DNA of 42,461 bases from Akkermansiaceae bacterium UBA4145 (lineage in GTDB: Bacteria; Verrucomicrobiota; Verrucomicrobiia; Verrucomicrobiales; Akkermansiaceae), in assembly GCA_002380675.1 (NCBI GenBank), contig DFWB01000200.1, forward strand, positions 8,663 through 51,123, written 5' to 3'. The translations under genes were made by a program, and so were the position numbers. Position 1 is the stretch's first letter. Every line of letters begins with the position of its first letter. Below, in pieces: positions 1 through 7,828 of this stretch. A model generated the notes under the pieces. The model was not told the origin of the DNA. It saw only the letters and a program-made list of their open reading frames with translations, and ran no database searches.

Positions 1-602
1 TGCATGACATCGGAGGCATGGAGAAGAAGCCGGCGGCCTAGAACTCCACCAGGGTGCAGGATCGCAAATTCCTCTTCGCTGAACCCCCGCTCTACCTGCA
101 AGGTGGCCGCAAGGGCATCTCCGGCTACCAGAGCGAGCACTGAGCTGCACATCGGAGCGAGATTGAGAGCATCTCCCTCCTCTCCGATCTCCAAGGGAAT
201 AACAAGGTCCAGATTCATTCCCAGCGATCCCCCAGGCTTGCCCAGCAGGCCAATGGTCCCTACCCCGATTTCCCGTAAGCTCGGCAACATTCCCAAGAGC
301 TCTTCCGTTTCTCCGCTGTTGGACACGAGAATCACGACGTCTCCTGCACAGATCACTCCCATGTCTCCATGAAGGGCCTCAGCAGCATTAAGAAAAACCG
401 CAGGCGTTCCCGTGGAGGCAAGGGTTGCTGCCGTTTTGTGTCCGACAATTCCTGATTTACCTACCCCGGTGACAACCACCTTCCCAGCCCCTTCGAGAAT
501 CATGTTCGCCCCCCGCTGCACTGCCTCTTCCGCGGTCTCGCGAAAACGCGTCAAAGATTCCTCCACGGCATTGAGGAGCTTATGAAATGGTTGGTGTTTC
601 AT
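1..602 (-). CDS. KpsF/GutQ/KdsD-family arabinose-5-phosphate isomerase, N-terminal SIS-domain part; the CDS runs off the left edge of the window
   Basis: Absent from the ORF track because it is open-ended. My own minus-strand translation from ATG 602-600 gives MKHQPFHKLLNAVEESLTRFRETAEEAVQRGANMILEGAGKVVVTGVGKSGIVGHKTAATLASTGTPAVFLNAAEALHGDMGVICAGDVVILVSNSGETEELL... The motifs GVGKSG, ASTGTP, HGD and SNSGET are the SIS signature of KpsF/KdsD. The plus-strand ORF 4..372 is its antisense shadow. Confidence 0.85.
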   Translation of the reverse strand, partial: MKHQPFHKLLNAVEESLTRFRETAEEAVQRGANMILEGAGKVVVTGVGKSGIVGHKTAATLASTGTPAVFLNAAEALHGDMGVICAGDVVILVSNSGETEELLGMLPSLREIGVGTIGLLGKPGGSLGMNLDLVIPLEIGEEGDALNLAPMCSSVLALVAGDALAATLQVERGFSEEEFAILHPGGVLGRRLLLHASDVM

Positions 603-649
603 GATTGAAATTTTGCCAAGTGCCGAAGGCAGGATCCGCCCTATTCCCC

Positions 650-1984
650 CTAGGCTTTCACGACCTGCCCTTCACGCGGGGCCAACCCCGCGCCGGAGAC
701 GGCATTCCGGGTGTCAACCACGAGATCAGCATGGTCAAGCAAGGATGGCAGATCGTAGGCCTTGTGATTGGTAGCGATCAGGATGCAGTCAAACGCGGTG
801 ACCTCTTCCGGGGTCCACGCGATCGATCTGGTTCCCGTCCACTGCGCATGTTCACGGGTTGGTAAAATCTCCGGGATATGAGGATCGTAATAACTAATCT
901 CCGCCCCAAGCTCTGCCAGTTGATCCATCAGATCAAAAGTTGGCGACTCCCGCATATCGTCAACATCCTCCTTGTAGGCGAGGCCCATCAGAAGAATCCG
1001 ACTTCCCTTCACGGACTTGGCCCGCTCATTCAATGCCTCCATGGTCCTTTGGACCACCCAATGGGGCATGCTGTTATTGATTTCTCCCGCAAGCTCAATG
1101 AAGCGCGTGTGGACCCCATACTCCCGCGCTTTCCAGGTCAGATAAAAGGGGTCAATCGGAATGCAGTGCCCTCCCAATCCTGGGCCGGGATAAAAGGCCT
1201 TGAAGCCGAAGGGCTTGGTGGAAGCCGCCTGAATGACCTCCCATATATCGATACCCATGCGATCGGCTGCAATTTTCAGCTCATTGACGAGTCCGATATT
1301 CACAGCCCGGTAGATATTTTCCAGCAACTTGGCAAATTCAGCAACCTGGGTCGACCGAACGAGGACGACTTCTGAAATCACGGACTCATAGAGAGCCTGC
1401 CCGACTCGTGCACAATTGGCCGTAGTTCCTCCAACAACCTTGGGAATGCTGGTTGCCGAAAAGTGAGGGTTCCCCGGATCTTCTCTCTCGGGCGAATAGA
1501 CGAGGAAGATCTCCTCTCCCACAGTGAACCCCGTCTTCTCGATGCGAGGACGTAATTCCTCATCCGTGGTGCCAGGGTAGGTGGTGCTTTCCAGGCTCAC
1601 GACCTGTCCCGCCCGGAGATGGGGCACCAGGCCCTCAATCGTTCCAATAACGAAACTGAGGTCCGGCTCATTGTGCTCATTCAAAGGTGTCGGCACACAG
1701 AGGATGAGCGCATCAGCCCGTGAGGCCTCGGAAAAATCCGAGGTGGGCTCCAAGTGCCCCCCGCTCACGGCCTCCCGAATTGGCTCCCCGGGAATATGTT
1801 CGATGTAGCTCTTCCCCCCCTTGAGGGCCTTCACCTTGCCCTCATCGATATCCATGCCAATGACCCGGAAGCCACGAGCGACAAAGCCTAGGACCAGCGG
1901 AAGCCCCACGTAGCCCAGACCGACAACGCCAATAACCGCAGCGCGGTCCGTGATTTTTTTAAGTGCGTTTTCTGTATGTGTCAT
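650..1984 (-). CDS. Nucleotide-sugar dehydrogenase (UDP-glucose/GDP-mannose dehydrogenase family; HexNAc-dehydrogenase-like WbpA/TviB/WecC branch)
   Basis: 444 aa. It has the Rossmann motif VIGVVGLGYVGLPLVLGF, the catalytic-Cys region GGHCIPIDP, and the C-terminal UDP-binding domain ILLMGLAYKEDVDDMRESP. ATG at 1984 lies 7 nt after the cysN stop. The substrate cannot be assigned from sequence alone. Confidence 0.9.
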   Translation of the reverse strand: MTHTENALKKITDRAAVIGVVGLGYVGLPLVLGFVARGFRVIGMDIDEGKVKALKGGKSYIEHIPGEPIREAVSGGHLEPTSDFSEASRADALILCVPTPLNEHNEPDLSFVIGTIEGLVPHLRAGQVVSLESTTYPGTTDEELRPRIEKTGFTVGEEIFLVYSPEREDPGNPHFSATSIPKVVGGTTANCARVGQALYESVISEVVLVRSTQVAEFAKLLENIYRAVNIGLVNELKIAADRMGIDIWEVIQAASTKPFGFKAFYPGPGLGGHCIPIDPFYLTWKAREYGVHTRFIELAGEINNSMPHWVVQRTMEALNERAKSVKGSRILLMGLAYKEDVDDMRESPTFDLMDQLAELGAEISYYDPHIPEILPTREHAQWTGTRSIAWTPEEVTAFDCILIATNHKAYDLPSLLDHADLVVDTRNAVSGAGLAPREGQVVKA

Positions 1985-1991
1985 TTCTTGT

Positions 1992-3266
1992 TCAGAGAAT
2001 CATTCCTGCTCCCACCGTCTCATTGCTTCCCGGGTCAATCAGGATAAACGACCCGGTATGCCGGTTCCGGCGATAAGCATCATGCAACAAGGGGGCCGCG
2101 GATCTCAGCTTGATCCGGCCAATCTCATTCAGCTCAAAGGAGTCTACCTCCTCCTGCTTGCGCAAGGTATTGATGTCCACCTTGTAGCGAACCTCCTCGA
2201 CGATCGCCTTGGTTTCCCTCGTGGTGTGCCGAAGGATATATTTTCCTCGAGTCCGCAAGGGCTTTTTGGAAAACCAGCATACCATGGCATCAATATCCTG
2301 GCCGACTGCAGGCTGGTTATTGGGCTTGGCGATCATGTCGCCCCGCGAAAGGTCAATCTCGTCATCCAGAGTGAGACACACCGACTGTGGGGCAAACGCT
2401 TCCTCCTGTTCGCCATCCGCTGAATGAATTGCCTTCACCCGGGTGGTAAACCCGGACGGCATCACCGCCACTTCGTCCCCCGGCTTGAAGACTCCCCCGG
2501 CAACCCGGCCGGCATACCCTCGAAAATCATGCCACTGATCACTTTGGGGACGGATCACCCATTGAACAGGAAAGCGAGGGTCGATATGGTTCTCCTCACC
2601 CCCGATGTAGACATTCTCCAGATGATAGAGCAGCGACGGGCCCTCATACCAGGGCGTTTCTCCTGACCGCTCTACCACATTGGTTCCCTCCAGAGCAGAG
2701 ATCGGGATCGCTTGAATTCCAATAATGCAATCCAGCCGGGAGGCGAAGGATTCATATTCCCGCACGATGTTCTCGTAGATCTCCTGAGAGTAATCCACGA
2801 GGTCCATTTTGTTGACCGCAAGAACGACGTGCTGGATACGAAGCAAGTTAGCAATAAAGGAATGCCGTTTGGTCTGTTCGATGATCCCCTTCCGGGCATC
2901 CACAAGAACAATGGCCACATTCGCGGTAGAGGCCCCAGTCACCATGTTTCGGGTGTACTGGATGTGCCCGGGAGTATCCGCGATGATGAACTTGCGCTTA
3001 GGCGTTGCGAAATAACGATAGGCAACGTCAATAGTAATGCCCTGCTCTCGCTCGGCCCGCAGACCATCAGTCAAGAGCGCCAGATTGACATGCTCATCGC
3101 CACGTTTGCGGGAACTCTCCTCAATCGCTTCAAGCTGATCCTCAAAGATCGATTTTGAATCATGAAGCAAGCGGCCAATCAGGGTCGACTTCCCATCATC
3201 GACCGAACCTGCTGTGGTAAATCTCAATAAATCCATTGTTTTTGCGTGTGTCATCGCCGCCCGCAT
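1992..3266 (-). CDS. cysN: Sulfate adenylyltransferase subunit 1 (GTPase subunit), not fused to APS kinase
   Basis: 424 aa. GTPase motifs are TAGSVDDGKSTLIGRLL (G1), DTPGH (G3) and NKMD (G4). It is colinear with E. coli CysN. In-frame alternative ATGs at 3254 and 3236 leave the exact start uncertain. Confidence 0.93.
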   Translation of the reverse strand: MRAAMTHAKTMDLLRFTTAGSVDDGKSTLIGRLLHDSKSIFEDQLEAIEESSRKRGDEHVNLALLTDGLRAEREQGITIDVAYRYFATPKRKFIIADTPGHIQYTRNMVTGASTANVAIVLVDARKGIIEQTKRHSFIANLLRIQHVVLAVNKMDLVDYSQEIYENIVREYESFASRLDCIIGIQAIPISALEGTNVVERSGETPWYEGPSLLYHLENVYIGGEENHIDPRFPVQWVIRPQSDQWHDFRGYAGRVAGGVFKPGDEVAVMPSGFTTRVKAIHSADGEQEEAFAPQSVCLTLDDEIDLSRGDMIAKPNNQPAVGQDIDAMVCWFSKKPLRTRGKYILRHTTRETKAIVEEVRYKVDINTLRKQEEVDSFELNEIGRIKLRSAAPLLHDAYRRNRHTGSFILIDPGSNETVGAGMIL

Positions 3267-3311
3267 CAGGAGCTCGATCTCTTTTTTTCAGGCAGGAACC
3301 TTCCCGGAGGA

Positions 3312-4217
3312 TTAAAAGTATCCTTCCTTCTTCCGGTCTTCCATCGCGGTTTCCGACCTCTTGTCATCCGCCCGATTACCGCGCTCTGTCTGACGAGCTG
3401 CTGCCACTTCCTCGATAATCTTCTCCATCGTGTCGGCAGTTGACTCCACCGCACCAGTGATGGTGGCATCTCCCATGGTCCGGAAACGGATCATTTTCTG
3501 TTCCACCACCTCGCCTTCCCGGGGCTGCACAAATTCAGAGACGGCAAGAATGGTCCCATTCCGGCAGACCGTTTCACGCTCATGAGCGTAATAGAGACTG
3601 GGCAATTGGATGCCTTCTCTCTGCATGTACATCCAGACGTCCATCTCGGTAAAATTGGAGAGGGGAAAGATCCGGAAATGCTCTCCTTCGTGTTTCCGCC
3701 CGTTAAAAAGATTCCACAACTCGGGGCGCTGGTTCTTCGGATCCCACTGCCCGAAATCATCTCGGTGAGAGAAAAAACGCTCCTTCGCGCGAGCCTTCTC
3801 CTCATCGCGGCGCCCTCCACCCAGCGCGGCATCAAATCCATACTCTTCGATCGTATCCAGAAGGGTCGTAATCTGCAGGCTGTTCCGGGACGCGTTCGCA
3901 CTCTTTTCTTCCTCAACTTTCCCCTCGTCAATCGACTTCTGAACCGAACCCACAACCAAGCGAGCCCCCAGTTTTTCTACAAAGGCATCCCGATAGTCGA
4001 GGGTCTCCTGAAAATTGTGCCCTGTGTCAATGTGCACCAGTGGAAAGGGCAGTTTGGCTGGCCAGAAGGCCTTACAGGCCAGGTGAGCCATCACGATCGA
4101 GTCCTTTCCTCCGGAAAAAAGGAGGGCAGGATTTTCAAATTGGCTCGCCGTTTCTCTCAGCACGAAAATGGATTCGGCTTCAAGCTGGTCGAGGTGGCTT
4201 AGTTGGTAGTCAGGCAT
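3312..4217 (-). CDS. cysD: Sulfate adenylyltransferase subunit 2
   Basis: It carries the PP-loop LFSGGKDSIVMAHL, HIDTGHNF and the typical CysD C-terminus. The track ORF extends to 4307, but homology starts at MPDYQLSHLDQLEAESI (ATG 4217). That start overlaps the cysC stop by 8 nt (ATGCCTGA), consistent with translational coupling. Confidence 0.92.
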   Translation of the reverse strand: MPDYQLSHLDQLEAESIFVLRETASQFENPALLFSGGKDSIVMAHLACKAFWPAKLPFPLVHIDTGHNFQETLDYRDAFVEKLGARLVVGSVQKSIDEGKVEEEKSANASRNSLQITTLLDTIEEYGFDAALGGGRRDEEKARAKERFFSHRDDFGQWDPKNQRPELWNLFNGRKHEGEHFRIFPLSNFTEMDVWMYMQREGIQLPSLYYAHERETVCRNGTILAVSEFVQPREGEVVEQKMIRFRTMGDATITGAVESTADTMEKIIEEVAAARQTERGNRADDKRSETAMEDRKKEGYF

Positions 4218-4830
4218 GAGACTCTCCGGTGTGCCCCGCGGAACGCGCAGCGAGGTAGTTGAGAAGGATCTGTGCGCAGGCCTCTGCGCTCTGAGAATTG
4301 GTATCAAGGGTCAATTCCGCTTCACTCTGAGGCTCCTCGAACCCGCTATCCTTGCCGGTGAAGTCTGCAATACCTCCCGCACTGGCCTTGGCGTAGAGGC
4401 CCTTGGGATCGCGCTGCGCGCAGGTCGCGTAATCTGCTTTTACGAATACCTCCACAAAATCGCTCCCGATGATCTCTCTTGCGATAGATCGCAGGGACTC
4501 ACGCGGGGTGATCGCGGCGACGATGGTGATGACTCCGGCCTCGGAAAAGAGCCGAGCGACCTCTGCATTACGACGAATGTTTTCCGCCCGGTCCTCATCA
4601 GAAAAACCAAGGTCCGCATTCAGCCGGGAACGGAGGTTATCGCCATCGAGTATTACGGTGAAGCGACCCGCCTGATTCAACTCGCGCTCGACAATGTTCG
4701 CGATGGTTGACTTGCCTGATCCCGAAAGCCCATAAAACCATAGCACGATCCCCTTCTGCCCCAGCAATTGCTCCTTGTCCTCTCTTTTGAGAAACCGGTG
4801 GAACTCGGTATGAATATTGGTCTCAGGCAT
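4210..4830 (-). CDS. cysC: Adenylylsulfate (APS) kinase
   Basis: 206 aa with P-loop YGLSGSGKSTIA, LDGDNLR and FSDEDRAENIRR, a canonical APS-kinase layout. ATG at 4830. Confidence 0.93.
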   Translation of the reverse strand: MPETNIHTEFHRFLKREDKEQLLGQKGIVLWFYGLSGSGKSTIANIVERELNQAGRFTVILDGDNLRSRLNADLGFSDEDRAENIRRNAEVARLFSEAGVITIVAAITPRESLRSIAREIIGSDFVEVFVKADYATCAQRDPKGLYAKASAGGIADFTGKDSGFEEPQSEAELTLDTNSQSAEACAQILLNYLAARSAGHTGESHA

Positions 4831-4845
4831 CGCTTATGCAGGAGG

Positions 4846-5073
4846 TTAGGAGTGCGCCGCCGGGGAGCGCGGAAAGATCTGCCATGCCCGTTCATGGAGA
4901 TAATAGACAAGAAACTTGGCCAGAAACTCAATCCCCCCGATCGCGAGGGCGGGCTTGATGTCTCGATATACGGCCCACGCAATCAGGATGGTGGTAGCGG
5001 TAGCCAGCACTCTCCAGCTTACCGCCTTGAGAAGGCTTCGTTTCCTCGATTCCCTTACAGTTTCCGACACCAT
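4846..5073 (-). CDS. Small DUF2061-type membrane protein
   Basis: The core sequence RSLLKAVSWRVLATATTILIAWAVYRDIKPALAIGGIEFLAKFLVYYLHERAW has two hydrophobic helices, matching my recollection of the DUF2061 family. I chose the start at ATG 5073 (MVSETVRESRKR), 2 nt after the upstream stop. The track ORF extends to 5166, inside the GT26 gene. Confidence 0.7.
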   Translation of the reverse strand: MVSETVRESRKRSLLKAVSWRVLATATTILIAWAVYRDIKPALAIGGIEFLAKFLVYYLHERAWQIFPRSPAAHS

Positions 5074-5075
5074 GA

Positions 5076-5954
5076 CTACTTCTCTATCGAATGGTTCTTG
5101 AGCCCCATCAGCTGGGGAAGAATGGAAAGCAGGAAGGCCGTATTGTTGAAGGCGTAGCGTCGCCATAGGCGGCGCGGCTCACACACAAGGCGAAATAACC
5201 ACTCCAGACCGCATCTTTGCATCAGGCTGGGGGCCTGCCGGACCCTGCCGGTATGAAAATCAAACGCCGCACCCACCCCGAATAATATGAGCCCGTGATC
5301 CCACCCCTCACAGAGGTCTGGATTCCGACTCAACAGGTCATGCATGAAGCGCTCCTGTTTCGGAGTACTCAACCCTACCCAGAGGAAATGGGGCCTCCTT
5401 TCCTTGAGTTGCCCCACTAGTTCCTTTTCTTCCGCATCGGTCAGAGGACGAAAGGGGGGGCAGCAGGTGCCAGTCACCTCCGTCCCGGGAAATCGTTCCT
5501 CCATCCGTTCCGCAAGTTCTTCCGCCACTCCCTCATTACCACCCCAGAAATAATGCGTTCGCCCGGTCGCAGCCGTCGCCTCAACAACCTCCAGCATCAG
5601 ATCAGGGCCATAGACTCGTTCCACCTCCGATTGGCCATTCCATTTCGCGACCCAGACCATGGGCATACCATCGGGAGTGGAGAGATAGGAACGGTTATGA
5701 ATGCGCCTGAGTTCTGGGTCGCGGCTGGACTCCATTACGCCATGCACTCCTGAAACCGTGACATAGCCGGCGAAGCCCGGCTTGGCGGCACCCTCGAGCA
5801 CCTGCTCGAGGGCAGTGTTCATATTCAGGGCGCTGATGCCAACGCCAAGAACGTTGACACGCGGAACCTCACTGGGACTCGCTTCGCTCACGGACTTTTC
5901 CTGGCCAAGGCCTGAATTAATCAACCACGATTTCGCCCCTCTTCCGGCGCTCAT
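5076..5954 (-). CDS. WecG/TagA/CpsF-family glycosyltransferase (GT26)
   Basis: Motifs are VLGVGISALNMNTALEQV, STPDGMPMVW, FWGGNEGVAEE, LWVGLSTPKQERF and GVGAAFDFHTGRVRQAP...GLEWLFRL. The start is uncertain: ATG 5954 (chosen) or TTG 5966, and both overlap the end of the epimerase gene. Confidence 0.85.
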   Translation of the reverse strand: MSAGRGAKSWLINSGLGQEKSVSEASPSEVPRVNVLGVGISALNMNTALEQVLEGAAKPGFAGYVTVSGVHGVMESSRDPELRRIHNRSYLSTPDGMPMVWVAKWNGQSEVERVYGPDLMLEVVEATAATGRTHYFWGGNEGVAEELAERMEERFPGTEVTGTCCPPFRPLTDAEEKELVGQLKERRPHFLWVGLSTPKQERFMHDLLSRNPDLCEGWDHGLILFGVGAAFDFHTGRVRQAPSLMQRCGLEWLFRLVCEPRRLWRRYAFNNTAFLLSILPQLMGLKNHSIEK

Positions 5955-6921
5955 ACTGTTCTTCAATCCAGCGGTAGGTCTTTTCCAAGCCGGTGGCGAG
6001 ATTGACTTCCGGCTCCCACCCGAGAGTCGTTTGAATCAGGGTGTTATCGGAGTTCCGACCGCGGACACCCTGTGGTTTGCTCAGATCGTAGTTTCGCTTA
6101 AGCGTAATCCCGGCGATTCCCTCAATAATGTCGAGGAGGCCATTAATGGACACCAACTCGGCCCGGCCCAGATTCAACGGATCGGTATGACTGGATTCCA
6201 TCAGCCTGCTCATCCCACTCAGGCAGTCATCGATATACATGAATGACCTCGTTTGCTCGCCGTCACCCCAGATCTCAATGTCGTGATTACCCGTATCCAC
6301 AGCCTCAATAACCTTCCGGCAAAGAGCCGCAGGAGCCTTCTCACGGCCACCCGTCCAGGTCCCGAAAGGTCCATACACATTATGAAAACGAAAGACCCGG
6401 ACGTTACTCCCAAAATCCTCGTGGAAGTTCTGACACATCCGCTCGGAAAAGAGTTTTTCCCACCCGTATCCATCCTCAGGTTGTGCCGGATAGGCATCTG
6501 ATTCCTTTAGAGCCATTACGTCTGCATCGTCCTGCCGATAGTCCGGGTAGACACAAGCACTGCTCGCATAGAAAAAGCCTTTGACTCCCTGATCACGAGC
6601 CGCCATCAGAAGATGGGTATTGATCAGAACGCTGATCATGCACAGAGCTCGGTTGAACTCGATGAAGCCCATCCCACCCATGTTACAGGCGAGATTGTAG
6701 ACCTCATCGCATCCCTCCATCACGGTGTAGCAGGCTTCTTTTTCCTCGAGGTTGACTACGTGGTTCTGCGCGCCTTCGTGGACTTGATACCACTTGTCCA
6801 ATTGTTTGACGTCGGCCACGACCACTTCGTGCCCTTGGGCGAGAAGGGAGCCCGCAAGGTGTCCGCCTATGAAGCCTCCACCCCCCGCTACTAGAATTTT
6901 TTTTGTTTGGTTTTGGGACAT
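5917..6921 (-). CDS. GDP-mannose 3,5-epimerase-like SDR (predicted GDP-L-galactose/GDP-L-gulose forming)
   Basis: 334 aa with NAD motif VAGGGGFIGGHL. Long colinear matches to plant GME (recalled) include NMGGMGFI, FFYASSACVYP (acid/base Cys), YGWEK (YxxxK), FHNVYGPFGTWTGGREKAPAALCRK (acid/base Lys), WGDGEQTRSF and GVRGRNSDN. Confidence 0.85.
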   Translation of the reverse strand: MSQNQTKKILVAGGGGFIGGHLAGSLLAQGHEVVVADVKQLDKWYQVHEGAQNHVVNLEEKEACYTVMEGCDEVYNLACNMGGMGFIEFNRALCMISVLINTHLLMAARDQGVKGFFYASSACVYPDYRQDDADVMALKESDAYPAQPEDGYGWEKLFSERMCQNFHEDFGSNVRVFRFHNVYGPFGTWTGGREKAPAALCRKVIEAVDTGNHDIEIWGDGEQTRSFMYIDDCLSGMSRLMESSHTDPLNLGRAELVSINGLLDIIEGIAGITLKRNYDLSKPQGVRGRNSDNTLIQTTLGWEPEVNLATGLEKTYRWIEEQYERRKRGEIVVD

Positions 6922-7089
6922 GTTGTTTTCTTGGTTTGAGCTAATAGCGGATCGGCTCAGGGATAGCCTTCGTCGCTAAGGAATGAATTCGAATTGAGGC
7001 AAGAGATCACCACCTCGAGCAAAAAGGCCACCAACTCAGATTTGATGTGAGCAACCTGTGAATAAGTTGATGCTGGCCAGATCGCTTCC

Positions 7090-7101
7090 CAAGCTGCCGC
7101 C
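7090..7101 (-). promoter_or_regulatory. ops/JUMPStart-like element in the operon leader (candidate recruitment site for the NusG paralogue)
   Basis: The minus-strand sense sequence is GGCGGCAGCTTG. The enterobacterial ops consensus is GGCGGTAGnnTG, so there is 1 mismatch in 10 specified positions. It lies about 170 nt upstream of the epimerase ATG and downstream of the AT-rich island. Confidence 0.35.
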
Positions 7102-7221
7102 CTTGGTCATTTGGCGGGATGTTCCGTCAAGACCTGCATAGCACTCCGGAGGCGGTGTGAATAAGCTTCTCAACTTCCGCTTGATGTGGTCGAAAAACAC
7201 AAAATCTGACTAATGTTCAAG

Positions 7222-7253
7222 AAAAAATGAACTGATTCATAAAAAAATGAACT
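7222..7253. repeat. Two perfect 12-bp direct repeats AAAAAATGAACT spaced exactly 20 bp apart, in an AT-rich island (candidate operator/promoter region)
   Basis: The copies are at 7222-7233 and 7242-7253 and are identical. They sit directly 3' of the NusG-paralogue stop (7263) and at the 5' end of the 340-nt leader. Confidence 0.6.
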
Positions 7254-7262
7254 TATAAAAAT

Positions 7263-7823
7263 TTACGATCCTGTCTCGTCGGGGCGTAGTGAGCCCTTTC
7301 TAGGCAGGAGAAGAGAATAGAGGTCCACATCAACGGGCTGAGCCTGACCGAGAAACTCGATGAAAATCCGGACCCTCTCTTCCGCCGGGCGGACCTCGAG
7401 GACTGTTCCGGTCATTCCCCGCAGGGGGCCGTCGGCCAGCTCCACCTGATCACCCGGCTCCGCAATTGGCTGAAGGGTAAGAACTTCTCCCTGATTCTCC
7501 TCTCTAGCCAGCTCTGCTCTCAGTTCCTCGATAAAATCCGGGGCCACCGTAGGAACGCTCTCCCCAAAGCGAAGAATCCCGCTGACACCAGCTGCGTAGC
7601 TAACGGCCCGATGCTTCTCCTCGAGTGAAAACCGAGCAAGGAGGTAGCCCGGAAACAGTGGTTCTATCCACCAGATTTTTCCACGACGCGTCACTTTCTT
7701 GTAGCGGAGACGAGGACAAACAACCTCCACCCCGCCAATCGCCCTGAGAGCGGCTGCTGCGATGTGCTCCCGCTTGGGCTGCGCTCGCAAGCAATACCAC
7801 GCTGCACCCTCGGTCTCTCTCAT
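7263..7823 (-). CDS. Specialised NusG paralogue (RfaH/UpxY-like transcription antiterminator; NGN + KOW domains)
   Basis: The NGN-like N-terminus is WYCLRAQPKREHIAAAALR...CPRLRYKKVTRRGKIWWIEPLFPGYLLARF. The KOW-like C-terminus is GDQVELADGPLRGMTGTVLEV. I chose ATG 7823, 5 nt after the upstream stop. The track ORF start at 7886 would overlap the regulator gene by 58 nt. Confidence 0.8.
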   Translation of the reverse strand: MRETEGAAWYCLRAQPKREHIAAAALRAIGGVEVVCPRLRYKKVTRRGKIWWIEPLFPGYLLARFSLEEKHRAVSYAAGVSGILRFGESVPTVAPDFIEELRAELAREENQGEVLTLQPIAEPGDQVELADGPLRGMTGTVLEVRPAEERVRIFIEFLGQAQPVDVDLYSLLLPRKGSLRPDETGS

Positions 7824-7828
7824 TGCTG

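Noticed and set aside
4-372. 122-aa plus-strand ORF at the left edge
   Set aside because: It is antisense to a clearly homologous KpsF/SIS-domain reading frame. Its product is Arg/Ser/Pro-rich and low in complexity.
3312-4307. N-terminal extensions in the track for cysD (to 4307), sodA (to 23290), dapL (to 22393), glnB (from 18899), DUF2061 (to 5166) and the NusG paralogue (to 7886)
   Set aside because: Homology begins at internal ATGs (4217, 23113, 22351, 18941, 5073, 7823). The extensions overlap neighbouring genes or add non-homologous, basic, low-complexity residues.
7151-7160. Second ops-like string GGCGGTGTGA in the operon leader
   Set aside because: It is on the plus strand, which is the template strand for the minus-strand operon. 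It also matches only the first six bases of the ops consensus.
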